From Guillardia theta CCMP2712 (lineage: Eukaryota; Protista; Cryptophyta), in assembly GCF_000315625.1 (NCBI RefSeq), contig NW_005434624.1, positions 389,100 through 453,099 of the forward strand: a DNA stretch of 64,000 nucleotides, read 5' to 3'. The notes under the pieces are model-generated. The model was not told where the DNA came from, searched no databases, and saw nothing but the letters and a program-made list of their open reading frames with translations. Below, piece by piece: positions 1-12,900 of this stretch (its first letter is position 1; every line of letters begins with the position of its first letter). Position numbers and translations under genes: made by a program.

Positions 1-42
1 CCTCCCTCCCTCCCTCCCTCCCTCCCTCCCTCCCTCCCTCCT
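1..42. repeat. (CCTC)n microsatellite, truncated by window start
   Basis: Pure cctc repeat read directly. Confidence 0.95.
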
Positions 43-85
43 CTAAATTTTCTGTCTCCTCATCAGCATTCTCCCCTGCATATTT

Positions 86-1928
86 CTATTCCTCCCCATC
101 CTCACCGTTGGCTCGCAGGCCGTCGAACTCCCACAGAAGATACTCGATGCCTCGGAGCAGCAGAGCGATGTTCTCTGATCCAGCAAGTGAGGGCAGGAGA
201 AAATGGGGAGGAGAGTGAGGGGAGAGGAGGAGGAAAGTTGGGAGAGGAGGGAAGAGGGAAGAAGTAGGAGGTAGGAGGTAGTGGTGGCAATGGAAGGAGA
301 ACAGCTGTAGGGGCATTCGAACAAAGCAGCTGAGCACTCACGATGAATGGGTGATCTTGAACAAGTTTTGTCACGTGGGAATCTGGAAGCGACAACGATG
401 TCAGAACAAAACGACAAGAACGACAAGAAGACAAAACATCAACAGAACCAGAGAAACAAAATTCACCACAGCGATGGGAAGCAAGGAAACAAGGAAAAAT
501 GGGAAAAGACCAAGATCACAAGAACGAGGGTGCACAATAGCACGGCAGGTAAATAACCAGCATCGTCCAGACTTGGCAAGAAGTTGAGGAAGAGACTCAC
601 GCTTTGGCAGAGAGCGCAAAGATCTCGGCTGATCGGCTTCTGACGAGACTGTCGGGGCAGGCCAGGAGGGACGCAGTGGCTGTCTGGACGTGGGAGAAGT
701 GAGGACGCAGCATGGCGGGATGCTCCTGGAGGTTGTCCTCCAAGACGTCCAGGCACGCCAGCAGCACGTCCTTGTGGCCCTTGGACAGCTCGGTACTGTT
801 GGTTGCCTAGCAAGAAGTGAGCTGAGCGATCAATCGCGATCATGCAAATGAAGAAAGTTGGAAGAGGAAGTGGCAGGAGGAAGTTGGAGAAGGAGAAGAA
901 GGATGAGGAGGATGAGGAGAACGGAGGAGGAGGACAGAGAAGGAGGCAGAGAAGGATGGAGAAAAGAGGAGAGAGGAGAGAGGAGAGAGGAGAGAGGAAC
1001 ATGGAAGCAGAAAAAGGCACGGAAAGGGTCGAGAACACAACCATCACCATAGCAATCAGCGTCTTCATCATGTCCGGTATCAACCTTCCAAACAGCTGGA
1101 CACCCTCCGAGGTCCCTCCCTCCCCTCCTTTTAGCTCCCACAGCTTCCCATGCATGGCTGAAGTGTCTCCATCACCCTCATCTTGACAGTCAACACAACC
1201 CGCTCACCGTGCAGGCTCCTGATGCTCACAGCACACAGAGAAGTTTGTTGGAGGTCGCGGACGAAGGACAGCAGAACACCAACGACTGAGGACTAGGGAT
1301 CTTTGGGTCAGCTGAGGACTGACAAGAGCTCTAGAGTTCTTGCAAGAGCTCTAGAGTTCTTGCAGCTTCCACCTGATATTTCTTCACTTGCTGGGCCGAG
1401 CAGCATGATACAAGTTTCTCCAGCAGAACCTGCGCCAGAGGGTCATGCCAACGGACTTGCGGGGAGAGCCAATCTCTCACCACGGCAAGGACCTTGGCGC
1501 TGCCTTCTGACTTCTTCACCTGCTCACTGACATCCTTCACAATCTCTAGCACCTGGACGATGCGGGTCAGACTCGAGGAAGCAAGGGAAGACACGAGATA
1601 CCTGAGCGTCAAGGTCCAGCGAATCGCATTCAAAGATTGGTTGTTGCTCGCTGAGCAAGGACAGGACCTCTGCAAAATTCCTGTGACATGACGATACGGT
1701 GAGATTGTTTTGTCGATCGTCACAAACACATTCACATTCATCCCACAACGATCCCTTTGCAACATCCCTTTCCTCATGAAACCCTCTGCCTTCCCTCCTC
1801 CCATCCCCTGCCTTCTGTCTCTCTCCTAGCACTATCTTTCCCCCTCTCCCTCTCCCTCTCTTCCTCCTCTTACTGGCTCTTGACGAGAATCGACGCCGCC
1901 GCCACTGTCCTCGCTGCCATTTCAGCAC
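86..1928 (-). CDS. Intron-rich hypothetical protein, possibly helical-repeat (HEAT/ARM-like); boundaries uncertain and it may extend past the window start
   Basis: Exon pieces joined by GT-AG introns read as ...NFAEVLSLLSEQQPIFECDSLDLDAQ|VLEIVKDVSEQVKKSEGSAKVLAV|VLLEKLVSCC...; further coding-like pieces EGVQLFGRLIPDMMKTLIAM and GSENIALLLRGIEYLLWEFDG. Confidence 0.45.
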
Positions 1929-1959
1929 ATCTCACGTGCGGCCGCTTCTAGTACTGTTC

Positions 1960-2470
1960 AGTGACGGGGATGAGGCCCGGTATCATGGCGTGACCGTCCG
2001 ATCGGGCCCGGCGAGGCGGCCGGCCCGGGCGGCCCGGAGCCTGGCCTGCTGAGTCACTGCCAAGTCACTCGGAGCGGCACTGTACGGTAACTTTAGTGGG
2101 GAGGATGATCCATCATTGAAACTTGAAAGGCTCCGAGGCAGCGGCGCGGCCGCCGCGCTCATGCTCCAGTCCGATCACTGGGGCCGGGGGGACTCACACG
2201 GTCCGAGGCAGTGTCCAAGTCGAGTCCCGGCGAGTCCCGCTCCTGCCGCTGTGCTCCGGCCCCCGGCTCGCAGCCGCGAGGCTGTTCTTGCTGAAGACCA
2301 GCGGCTTGAGTAACGGTAAAACTACTTCAGTGTCGGACCGTGGACTGACCAACCTTTAGCGTCCGGCGGACCCGGGACTCAGTCTCCGTTCGGCCCGGGG
2401 ATGGCTGAGCCGCCGGGCCGCCGGGCCCGGGGCCCGGGCCGGCCGCCGCGGGCCGGGCGGTCGCAAGGTG
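1960..2470. promoter_or_regulatory. GC/CpG-rich intergenic island between divergent genes
   Basis: Dense ggcccgggcc, tgagtcactg, ccgatcgg, gtacggta and cgggactcag motifs; lies between a minus gene and a plus gene. Confidence 0.5.
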
Positions 2471-2557
2471 ATGGTCATCCCTCGTTCTCATCCCTCGTTC
2501 TCGTTACGGTTGCACCCCATATCGATGCTGGGCAGCGTCCGCTCTCCCCATGGCTCC

Positions 2558-2625
2558 TGCAGCACCACCACCACCACCAGCAGCAGCAGCACCACCACCA
2601 CCACCACCAGCAGCAGCAGCAGCAA
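2558..2625. repeat. (CAG)/(CAC) trinucleotide repeat
   Basis: cagcaccaccaccaccaccagcagcagcag... read directly. Confidence 0.9.
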
Positions 2626-2904
2626 TCTATCTTATACGCTCACGTCCCTTTATCCTCTTAGCTGCCTTCTGTCTTGCTTCTGCCTTCTTGCTTGCATGGA
2701 TCCTATCCCCTTACTCCTACGCCTCTTCATATGCAATGCTGTGTACCAGAGGGCATGTGAGAGTAAGATGGATGACTTTACCTCTACAAGATCATGTGTC
2801 CATGTTTGGAGTTGACTACTTCACATGTGTGATGAGATGTATGTCAGGTGCTTCAGTGGCTCAAGCGCCATGTCCCCATGGTCCTAGTCTGAAGGTCTGG
2901 TCCT

Positions 2905-3657
2905 TTGAAGATGATCTACAAGTCGTTCGGCTCACTTCCCGCATATGGCGAGTCGTCCATTGCCCTGCTGTCGAATGTTCATGCGATGAAGCTGCGAGGA
3001 GGAAACTCGACGAGCAGCTCGCTGAGGGCAGAGGCTATCACCTTCTTCACCTCCGAGAGGACTCCTGCTGCCCTCGTTGCCGGCATGGCGCTCTCCATGC
3101 TTTTCTCCATGCCCCTCAAGCAAGACGAGGGTCACCTGCGAAGCTTTGCGAAGCGCGTCTACGTGGCTCTGAGCTGCTCCTCCTTGTGCCACGAGATGGT
3201 CTCGGTCTTCGCTAGCTCGCTGGCTATCGTGCAGATTCTCAAGGAGAGGAGAGACTTCGCCGCTGATTGCCCCATGACGATGATGATGCAGGAGTACCCC
3301 CTCTACTTCCTCGCTGTCCGCACGCACTTCATCTCCGGGCTGCTCTGCTTTGTTGGGTCGATCGCCGTGAGGATGTGGATCGAGTACTCGACAGGGTGCA
3401 ACAAGTTTGCGAAGGCGATGACGTACCTGCTGGGATCAACCATGGTGTTCATGCTCAGCCTCTTCAACACCTCTCTCCTCTGCTCTGAGTCCCTCGGAAG
3501 CATGTGGGTCAAGTACGCGACGGCGATGGTGAGAGCCACCAAGCACAGAGTGGGTCCGAACATCTTCCTCGCGGTCCTGCTGGGCGTCATGTGTCTCAAG
3601 GAGATGGCCGCGTGCATGGGACTTGCAGGAAGGCAGATGTGGCAGGAGGGAACTTGA
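2905..3657 (+). CDS. Multi-pass membrane hypothetical protein (main exon; upstream exon(s) likely)
   Basis: 250-aa ORF with about 5 hydrophobic segments (PAALVAGMALSMLFS, FLAVRTHFISGLLCFVGSIAV, YLLGSTMVFMLSLF, IFLAVLLGVMCL) and an LRGG motif before the mature region. Confidence 0.7.
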   Translation: MKMIYKSFGSLPAYGESSIALLSNVHAMKLRGGNSTSSSLRAEAITFFTSERTPAALVAGMALSMLFSMPLKQDEGHLRSFAKRVYVALSCSSLCHEMVSVFASSLAIVQILKERRDFAADCPMTMMMQEYPLYFLAVRTHFISGLLCFVGSIAVRMWIEYSTGCNKFAKAMTYLLGSTMVFMLSLFNTSLLCSESLGSMWVKYATAMVRATKHRVGPNIFLAVLLGVMCLKEMAACMGLAGRQMWQEGT

Positions 3658-3659
3658 GC

Positions 3660-3743
3660 TGAGATACGCGAGGAGGAGGGAGAGGGATGAGATACGCGAG
3701 GAGGAGGGAGAGGGATGAGATACGCGAGGAGGAGGGAGAGGGA
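3660..3743. repeat. 28-bp tandem repeat x3 (tgagatacgcgaggaggagggagaggga) just after the stop codon
   Basis: Three copies read directly. Confidence 0.9.
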
Positions 3744-3910
3744 GGAGAGAAAGAGGAGAGATCTCTGCGTTTTTCTTGCTCCAAGAAGGAGGGGGAATTA
3801 TTGTTTGGACGTGAGATGAAAGGCCAATGATGGCGCGCACTCGACTTCAATGCAAGAATGGTACTTAATATCATCGACTCAACCACATCAGTGAGACAGT
3901 ACCTGGAAGA

Positions 3911-6900
3911 TTAAAATCCGAAGATTGTCAGGAAGGTCGCGTAATCGCATTCTTCCATGTTCTCCCCGAGTTTCTCTCTGAGGGAAGTCTCCAGCTCCTC
4001 CTCGCTCTTCGCTGCCCCCAATTGCCTCAGGATCTTCACCACCTTTCTCATGCTCACGCGCCCTTCAAAGTGATCAGCCGCAGACCAGCACGGCGAGCTT
4101 GAGCTCACCTGTGCCTTGCACGTCAGCCTTCCTGTAGATCTGAAGCAGATCAGCCCGAGACTTCTCGTTGGCGAGGATGCCAAGGGAGGAGCGGACAGGA
4201 AACTCGCGCTCGAGGATGACCTCGACGAACTCGGAGGACGTCGGCTGAGCTTTCTTCAGCACCAGCCTCACCTTGGAGCCCTGCCAAGCACCCGTCAGGT
4301 CCAGCAAGCCTCCAGCAGGACAAGCACGTTCGGTCCGGCGATGAGAGTGCGGATTTTCGAAGAGGAGAGCTTGGAAACATCTCTCTGGTCCACCGCTACC
4401 AGGATGTCTCCCGGCTCTATGCAGCCGCTCCTATCCGCGGGCCCCGAGGGCACTAGACTGATCACCCGATGCGGGGGGTCGTCCTGGATGCGCATGCCGA
4501 CTCCAGCGATGTCCTTCTTCGGTGGAGCACGAGCTATGTCAGCACCTGCTTGCTCGTCTTGCTGCGGCTCCTCCCTGAAAATTCTTGGAAGCATAGGATA
4601 CGGCATACTTGGACGAACATCTCTTGCTGCAGCTGGTTGACTTCGTCAGAGATGAGATGTGATGAGGCAGCAAGGTAACAACAAAGGAAGTGAGATGGTA
4701 TGGTCCTTCATGATATGATATGGTATGGCATGGCATGGCATGGCATGGCATGGCATGGCATGGCATGGCATGGCATGGTACAATATGATGATTTGACAGT
4801 GTCAAGATGAAATGAGGATGAGATGAGTAACGTGCAAGACGCAGAGAAAGCAGAGGGGTTTTTGTACCTGCATCTTCCCCAGTGTCGCTGAAGGTAGCAA
4901 CGGGAGCAACAGGAGCAACGGGAGCAAAGAGATCTTTTGGCATCTGCCGGAGCTCGCCAGCGTCCCCTCGGGTCAGGCGCTTCCACCGAGAGAAGGCGCT
5001 GCGAGGCGACAAGTGAGACAAGAAGGAGGAAGGGTCTCCCAGCCATGGGTCCTCTGAGACAATGCCGAGCCTGTCTGCGCTCCTGTCCTCCGGAGAGATG
5101 ATGGGAACATCCTTCCACATCAACCGATCTGCGCGGTTGAGAGGAGAGGTCCCAGCGGAGTTCGGGGACTGCGAGGCTGATGTCGATCTCATCGAGCTGT
5201 CGATCCCTATGGAGATCTGCGGGTGAGGAGGAAGGGTCAGTGACGGAAGTCAAGACGGATCGGGCTCACCTGCTTCTTCAAGTTGATCTCTCTCTCCCAC
5301 TGTTGCGCGATGGTGCTGGCCGACTCTCTCAGATCTCGTTGGCGCACTGACTTGACTCGCCACTCGTTCACGAAGCGACTGAGCAGCCACCGCTCAACGT
5401 CCTTGCATTGGAACCAGACCTTGTTCGTCGTGTCTTGATATTCCTCCACCCAGTTCCCGAAGGTGATCATTAGGAGAGCATTGGCGGCTCTGCGTTGCAG
5501 GACTCTGACGCCTAAGCTCCGGAACAAAGACTTCTTGAACAAGCAGTTGATGATGAGGAAGTCAAAGCAGAACGCCAGCATCTGCCTTGTCAATTTTGTT
5601 CTTGCGTCTAAACTCTGCAGCCGCCTACGCTGCCAGGTAAAAACTCTCCAGCCCATGAGAGCATTGTGGAGGGTCTTGCTCCTCAAGGTTTTTGCTAAGA
5701 TGACCAGAGATTGCCAGAGCAGCAGAGAGTTCTTGACGGTCTCACGGTCCCAGTGCCATTCAATCCTGCGAAACGAAACGTTGAGCATCTTCTCGATGCA
5801 CTCCACCCGGCGAGAGTGAAGTACGAAGACCCGCCAGGAGTGGACGTATCTGACCGCAAGGAACCTGTCCAGCCGTCCTAGGAATGCTGTTCCCATCTTG
5901 GTCATGAACGAGGCCTCGTCTTTGGCTCCCACCGCCATCTTCCAATGTAACACATTGTTCTTGAGAGATCTCCTGTAGTCCAACATCCTTGATTCTTGCT
6001 TTCTCCTCCTCCTCTTCACTGCATTGCACCATCCCGCCATTCCCATGCTGAGATCCAACAGCTTCCAACGGAGAACGACCTTCCTTCCTCTCCTCCGCAG
6101 CTCCTGCAAACGCTCCGCATGACATTGCCATCCCTCAAAGCTCCTCACTAGTCCGAGCTTCATCCATCTGCTGACGACTTTGACCCCGATGGCCGCGTGC
6201 GCCTTGCTCCTGGACCACAAGGACTGCCAACTTCGCCACGCAGAAGCGCAGAGCATGAGGTTCCAAGATCGCAGTGCACGGATGACTTTCTTTCGTCCGG
6301 CCCTGCGGGAGCCGAGGTAAAGCATCCACAGCTTGAAATACGATCTCGTGCTGAAGCTGCTCCAGCGAAGAAACACTTTCGCCCCCTGCAGGCCGTAGAA
6401 TTCCTCCGACCGGTACTTCCATACCCATAAGCCGAACATCCTCCGTAACGTGGAGGTAGATGCACGTCCAGTGAGCTTGCTCATGGCAGAACTGACGAGC
6501 TTCATGGTGCATGTGTGCAGATGAAGTTGATGATAGCATGTCCTCAACAGGTTCCTCTGAAAAGTCCTGTTTACCTTTGACAGAGATGAAACAAAACTTT
6601 TGGCATCGTTGCGAAAGATTACCCACGATTCCCAGGCAAGTAAAATGAGATCGTTCAACCAACGGAGAACGACCTTCCTTCCTCTCCTCCGCAGCTCCTG
6701 CAAACGCTCCGCATGACATTGCCATCCCTCAAAGCTCCTCACTAGTCCGAGCTTCATCCATCTGCTGACGACTTTGACCCCGATGGCCGCGTGCGCCTTG
6801 CTCCTGGACCACAAGGACTGCCAACCGCCATACGACAGCAACAACAATTGACGCTCCCGCTCATGCGCCTTCTTGCAAACTGAAAGACGGGATGACCGAT

Positions 6901-9900
6901 ACGAGGAAACAAAATAAGTCCAGCGAACAAACGAGCTCCTCATTGAAGAAAAGCATTGAACGATAGCTCGTCTGACCAAGACAAGCAGAAAGCGTTTGTG
7001 CCAAAAAAACGATTCGGAAAAAAGAGCGAACCAACCAGAAAGATCTAAGTACATCCATCGCCGTATGATCTTCTCCGACACCCCCCGTAGCCTCCGCTGT
7101 CTCGTTGCGTGCTCCCGCCAGCCCGCCAGCCCTCGACCCTGGTCCAGCTGCCGCCACCGCCGGACTATCTTCTCCCCGCTCGTCCGCATGTCGTGTAGCT
7201 CGATGGTCCGCTCCTTGAGCGCCGTGAAGGCCTCCCCGACCTTGAGATGCTGCCACCGTCCGATCACTGCCTGCCCTACTCGCCGCAGCCGCTCTGACTC
7301 CCTCGCGTGCTCGATCCACCGCGCCAGCGCCGCCCATGCCCCTGCCTGCTGCCATCGCCGTATGATCTTCTCCGACACCTCCCGTAGCCTCCGCTGCCTC
7401 GTTGCGTGCTCCCGCCAGCCCGCCAGCCCTCGACCCTGGTCCAGCTGCCGCCACCGCCGGACTATCTTCTCCCCGCTCGTCCGCATGTCGTGTAGCTCGA
7501 TGGTCCGCTCCTTGAGCGCCGTGAAGGCCTCCCCGAGTCTCAGGTTACTCCATCGCTGTATCGCCTTTCTCCCTCCCCGCCGCAGCCGCTTCGTCTCCTC
7601 GGTCCGCTCTCTCCACCCGGCAAAGCCCGCTGCTGTCTCCTTGTGCACCCACTGTAGCACGACCTTGGCTCCCATCGCCTTGAGCCTCCTCGACTCCCTT
7701 GTGTATGCCTCCCACCGCGCCAAGGCTCGTCCCGCCCTCCCGTACCGAAGCTTCCCTACTACCCGCTGCTTCCGTCCTCTCTCAGCGCTCTCCTTCTTTG
7801 CGCAATGCCTCCACTGGCTCATAGCCTTCCAAGCCACCCCTTCGCGCCAGCGCCCCATCGCCTTCCCTAGCTTCCCTCCCAAGCTGATCATCGCCCGTGT
7901 CCGCTCGTGCCAGTGTACCAGCGCCCGCTGCCCAAGCCTCCGCTCCCTCCCGTCCACAGCTCGGCTCACAGCCCGCCACTGTCTCTCCTTATCCACACAC
8001 GACTCAACCCTCTCCCTGGTCTCTGACGTCTTCCCCAGCCACGTCGAGAAAGACTCCCATGCTCCTAGACGCTGCATACGGCACACGATCGACGCTTGGA
8101 GCCGCGTATGTCGCTTCTGACCCTCTACCCACGACATCCACCGTGCCAGCGCCGCCCATGCCCCTGCCTGCTGCCATCGCCGTATGATCTTCTCCGACAC
8201 CTCCCGTAGCCTCCGCTGTCTCGTTGGGTGCTCCCGCCAGCCCGCCAGCCCTCGACCCTGGTCCAGCTGCCGCCACCGCCGGACTATCTTCTCCCCGCTC
8301 GTCCGCATGTCGTGTAGCTCGATGGTCCGCTCCTTGAGCGCCGTGAAGGCCTCCCCGAGTCTCAGGTTACTCCATCGCTGTATCGCCTTTCTCCCGCCCC
8401 GCCGCAGCCGCTTCGTCTCCTCGGTCCGCTCTCTCCACCCGGCAAAGCCCGCTGCTGTCTCCTTGTGCACCCACTGTAGCACGACCTTGGCTCCCATCGC
8501 CTTGAGCCTCCTCGACTCCCTTGTGTATGCCTCCCACCGCGCCAAGGCTCGTCCCGCCCTCCCGTACCGAAGCTTCCCTACTACCCGCTGCTTCCGTCCT
8601 CTCTCAGCGCTCTCCTTCTTTGCGCAATGCCTCCACTGGCTCATAGCCTTCCAAGCCACCCCTTCGCGCCAGCGCCCCATCGCCTTCCCTAGCTTCCCTC
8701 CCAAGCTGATCATCGCCCGTGTCCGCTCGTGCCAGTGTACCAGCGCCCGCTGCCCAAGCCTCCGCTCCCTCCCGTCCACAGCTCGGCTCACAGCCCGCCA
8801 CTGTCTCTCCTTATCCACACACGACTCAACCCTCTCCCTGGTCTCTGACGTCTTCCCCAGCCACGTCGAGAAAGACTCCCATGCTCCTAGACGCTGCATA
8901 CGGCACACGATCGACGCTTGGAGCCGCGTATGTCGCTTCTGACCCTCTACCCACGACATCCACCGCGCCAGCGCCGCCCATGCCCCTGCCTGCTGCCATC
9001 GCCGTATGATCTTCTCCGACACCTCCCGTAGCCTCCGCTGTCTCGTTGCGTGCTCCCGCCAGCCCGCCAGCCCTCGACCCTGGTCCAGCTGCCGCCACCG
9101 CCGGACTATCTTCTCCCCGCTCGTCCGCATGTCGTGTAGCTCGATGGTCCGCTCCTTGAGCGCCGTGAAGGCCTCCCCGACCTTGAGATGCTGCCACCGT
9201 CCGATCACTGCCTGCCCTACTCGCCGCAGCCGCTCTGACTCCCTTGCGTGCTCGATCCACCGCGCCAGCGCCGCCCATGCCCCTGCCTGCTGCCATCGCC
9301 GTATGATCTTCTCCGACACCTCCCGTAGCCTCCGCTGTCTCGTTGCGTGCTCCCGCCAGCCCGCCAGCGCAGGCCCCGTGACGTGACAGCTGCCGCCACC
9401 GCCGGACTATCTTCTCCCCGCTCGTCCGCATGTCGTGTAGCTCGATGGTCCGCTCCTTGAGCGCCGTGAAGGCCTCCCCGACCTTGAGATGCTGCCACCG
9501 TCCGATCACTGCCTGCCCTACTCGCCGCAGCCGCTCTGACTCCCTTGCGTGCTCGATCCACCGCGCCAGCGCCGCCCATGCCCCTGCCTGCTGCCATCGC
9601 CGTATGATCTTCTCCGACACCTCCCGTAGCCTCCGCTGTCTCGTTGCGTGCTCCCGCCAGCCCGCCAGCCCTCGACCCTGGTCCAGCTGCCGCCACCGCC
9701 GGACTATCTTCTCCCCGCTCGTCCGCATGTCGTGTAGCTCGATGGTCCGCTCCTTGAGCGCCGTGAAGGCCTCCCCGAGTCTCAGGTTACTCCATCGCTG
9801 TATCGCCTTTCTCCCTCCCCGCCGCAGCCGCTTCGTCTCCTCGGTCCGCTCTCTCCACCCGGCAAAGCCCGCTGCTGTCTCCTTGTGCACCCACTGTAGC

Positions 9901-12900
9901 ACGACCTTGGCTCCCATCGCCTTGAGCCTCCTCGACTCCCTTGTGTATGCCTCCCACCGCGCCAAGGCTCGTCCCGCCCTCCCGTACCGAAGCTTCCCTA
10001 CTACCCGCTGCTTCCGTCCTCTCTCAGCGCTCTCCTTCTTTGCGCAATGCCTCCACTGGCTCATAGCCTTCCAAGCCACCCCTTCGCGCCAGCGCCCCAT
10101 CGCCTTCCCTAGCTTCCCTCCCAAGCTGATCATCGCCCGTGTCCGCTCGTGCCAGTGTACCAGCGCCCGCTGCCCAAGCCTCCGCTCCCTCCCGTCCACA
10201 GCTCGGCTCACAGCCCGCCACTGTCTCTCCTTATCCACACACGACTCAACCCTCTCCCTGGTCTCTGACGTCTTCCCCAGCCACGTCGAGAAAGACTCCC
10301 ATGCTCCTAGACGCTGCATACGGCACACGATCGACGCTTGGAGCCGCGTATGTCGCTTCTGACCCTCTACCCACGACATCCACCATGCCAGCGCCGCCCA
10401 TGCCCCTGCCTGCTGCCATCGCCGTATGATCTTCTCCGACACCTCCCGTAGCCTCCGCTGTCTCGTTGCGTGCTCCCGCCAGCCCGCCAGCCCTCGACCC
10501 TGGTCCAGCTGCCGCCACCGCCGGACTATCTTCTCCCCGCTCGTCCGCATGTCGTGTAGCTCGATGGTCCGCTCCTTGAGCGCCGTGAAGGCCTCCCCGA
10601 CCTTGAGATGCTGCCACCGTCCGATCACTGCCTGCCCTACTCGCCGCAGCCGCTCTGACTCCCTCGCGTGCTCGATCCACCGCGCCAGCGCCGCCCATGC
10701 CCCTGCCTGCTGCCATCGCCGTATGATCTTCTCCGTCACCTCCCGTAGCCTCCGCTGTCTCGTTGCGTGCTCCCGCCAGCCCGCCAGCCCTCGACCCTGG
10801 TCCAGCTGCCGCCACCGCCGGACTATCTTCTCCCCGCTCGTCCGCATGTCGTGTAGCTCGATGGTCCGCTCCTTGAGCGCCGTGAAGGCCTCCCCGAGTC
10901 TCAGGTTACTCCATCGCTGTATCGCCTTTCTCCCTCCCCGCCGCAGCCGCTTCGTCTCCTCGGTCCGCTCTCTCCACCCGGCAAAGCCCGCTGCTGTCTC
11001 CTTGTGCACCCACTTTCGTAGAACGGTTTTTCTTGCAATCGTAATTGTTTTGAAATGATGCTGTTTTGCGTTAAAGTTGCAAATGCTAGACTTGTCTCCT
11101 GACGTTTCATTTTTTGAATCACTCTGACAATTATTCTTCGATTTTTCCTCATTGTTTCTGTGTATTCATTCCACAGAGCTATCAGTTTTCTTGCAAGATT
11201 CTTTCTGCCTTTGGTTTCATCATGTAGAACACATCTTGATTGCATTTTTTGCATTCGATTCTACCTCTCCAGGTTTGCATCAGGAATTGTAGCGAGCGCC
11301 TCTCTACTTGCACTGCTTGTTGATAAACACGTCTTGTCTTCAATTTTGTTTGTTCAACAGAATTCAGCCACTCTGTCCAGATATTGCAGATCAGATATTT
11401 CATGTCACGATGATTTCTGTTCAGAATTTGTGTGTATGCCCATCGTTTTTGCTTGTTGCATGTCGTCCAAATGCACCATACTGCCTTCAAGCATCGCTTG
11501 CCCCTGAGAGTGGAAAATCTCGTTTCTCTTCTTTGTTTGAACACATTCTGCAACCAATCACTCATAACTTTTTGCGAAAGTCTTTGATGGTGAAATAAAC
11601 TTGCTCTCCATTTCTTTCCATCTGACTTGGTACTTTCATTGGCGCGACTTTGCCAGGCTCTCAAGTATTGTGAAAGAAATCCCTTCTGCCACCTGTTTCT
11701 AATGTGAACAATCAATTTGTTCAGTCTTCTCATAGCCTCCAGGACAAACAGCCATTGATTGAATGAGCCAGCAATATATCTCAGAACAGATCGACTGTAA
11801 AATAAGTTTTCTTTTTTTCGAATGGACTTCTGACGGAGGCACATTGTTCTCATCATTTCAATTGATTGACTCAACCTTCTAGACTCTAATTTTCTATTGA
11901 TCTTGTTCATCCTGTGCTGGATTGCAGCCGGACACGGATTTGCTATTGACCAATTGAAAAAGACCTGTCGCAGGAAGGTAGTGGTCTTAAGTTTTAGGAG
12001 TTTTGTTTCGAAATATTTCTTTTGACATCCATTTCGGTGTAGTTCAACAAGTGTAAAGAAAGCATTGACCAGATATCTTGAACGCACCTTTGCTTGCAAG
12101 ATAAGACATTTTGAAACAGACACAGAATGTTTCATCGAATGTTGTCTGAGGAACCAAAATCTCAAACGCAAATGTTGCAACCTTTTCTTGTTCTTGAAGC
12201 ATTTCAAGAAACCAGCAGAAAATTTGTAATCACTCCAACTATACAGAACAGCAGCATATGTCAGAATCACAGTTCTCTTTGTCAATTTCATCTGAATCGT
12301 TGATATGCGGGCACGACTCGACTGCATACGGTACCATAGATCCCAAGTACGACATAGCGACAATTTCTCATTTTTACGTTGGATATGCCTTGCCTTGATA
12401 TTCAAGGAATGCAATCTTTGCAAAGCCACCTGCCAAATATTGAAAGAAAAGCGAACAGAAATATTTGCAATTTTCTTGGAGCCCAATGAAGCTGCACTTT
12501 GGATCCCGTTCTTGTAAAGACTTAGATGTCTCCATTGTGTAACAACATTTGACAGGAAAACAAATCTACATTTAGAATGGAAATTCTGCAGCTTCTTGAT
12601 CATTCGAAGGAAACAAATCCAATATGCCCAGGGCATTGCAAGTAGGATGCACTGAATTCTGGTATCCAATTCATCCGTGCGCCTCACCCTTCTGGCTTCA
12701 GGAGTCGCCAGTGCTTGGGTTTTTGGTGCAGCCTTCCGTGCCAGAATTGCAACGAATTTCTTACCAGAAATGGTTCTGCAGGCTTCATTAGCAAAGATTG
12801 CCTGCTGGTCCCACGACTTGACTAGATTGCAAAGCCGCTCTCCTAATTTAGACATCGTCTTGCAGCATTTCTTCCATTTCACAAAAAAACTTGCATGAGA

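Noticed and set aside
1323-1362. Tandem near-palindromic 20-mer (caagagctctagagttcttg x2) as a regulatory hairpin
   Set aside because: It appears to lie in an intron, occurs once in the window, and is consistent with a simple local duplication.
6996-11058. Long plus-strand ORFs antisense to the Sfi1-like gene
   Set aside because: Shadow ORFs of a GC-rich coding repeat; they repeat with the array and show no independent coding signal.
11030-11255. Programmed ribosomal frameshifting
   Set aside because: No clear stimulatory structure, and the breaks fall at A-runs, which is more parsimoniously sequencing error.
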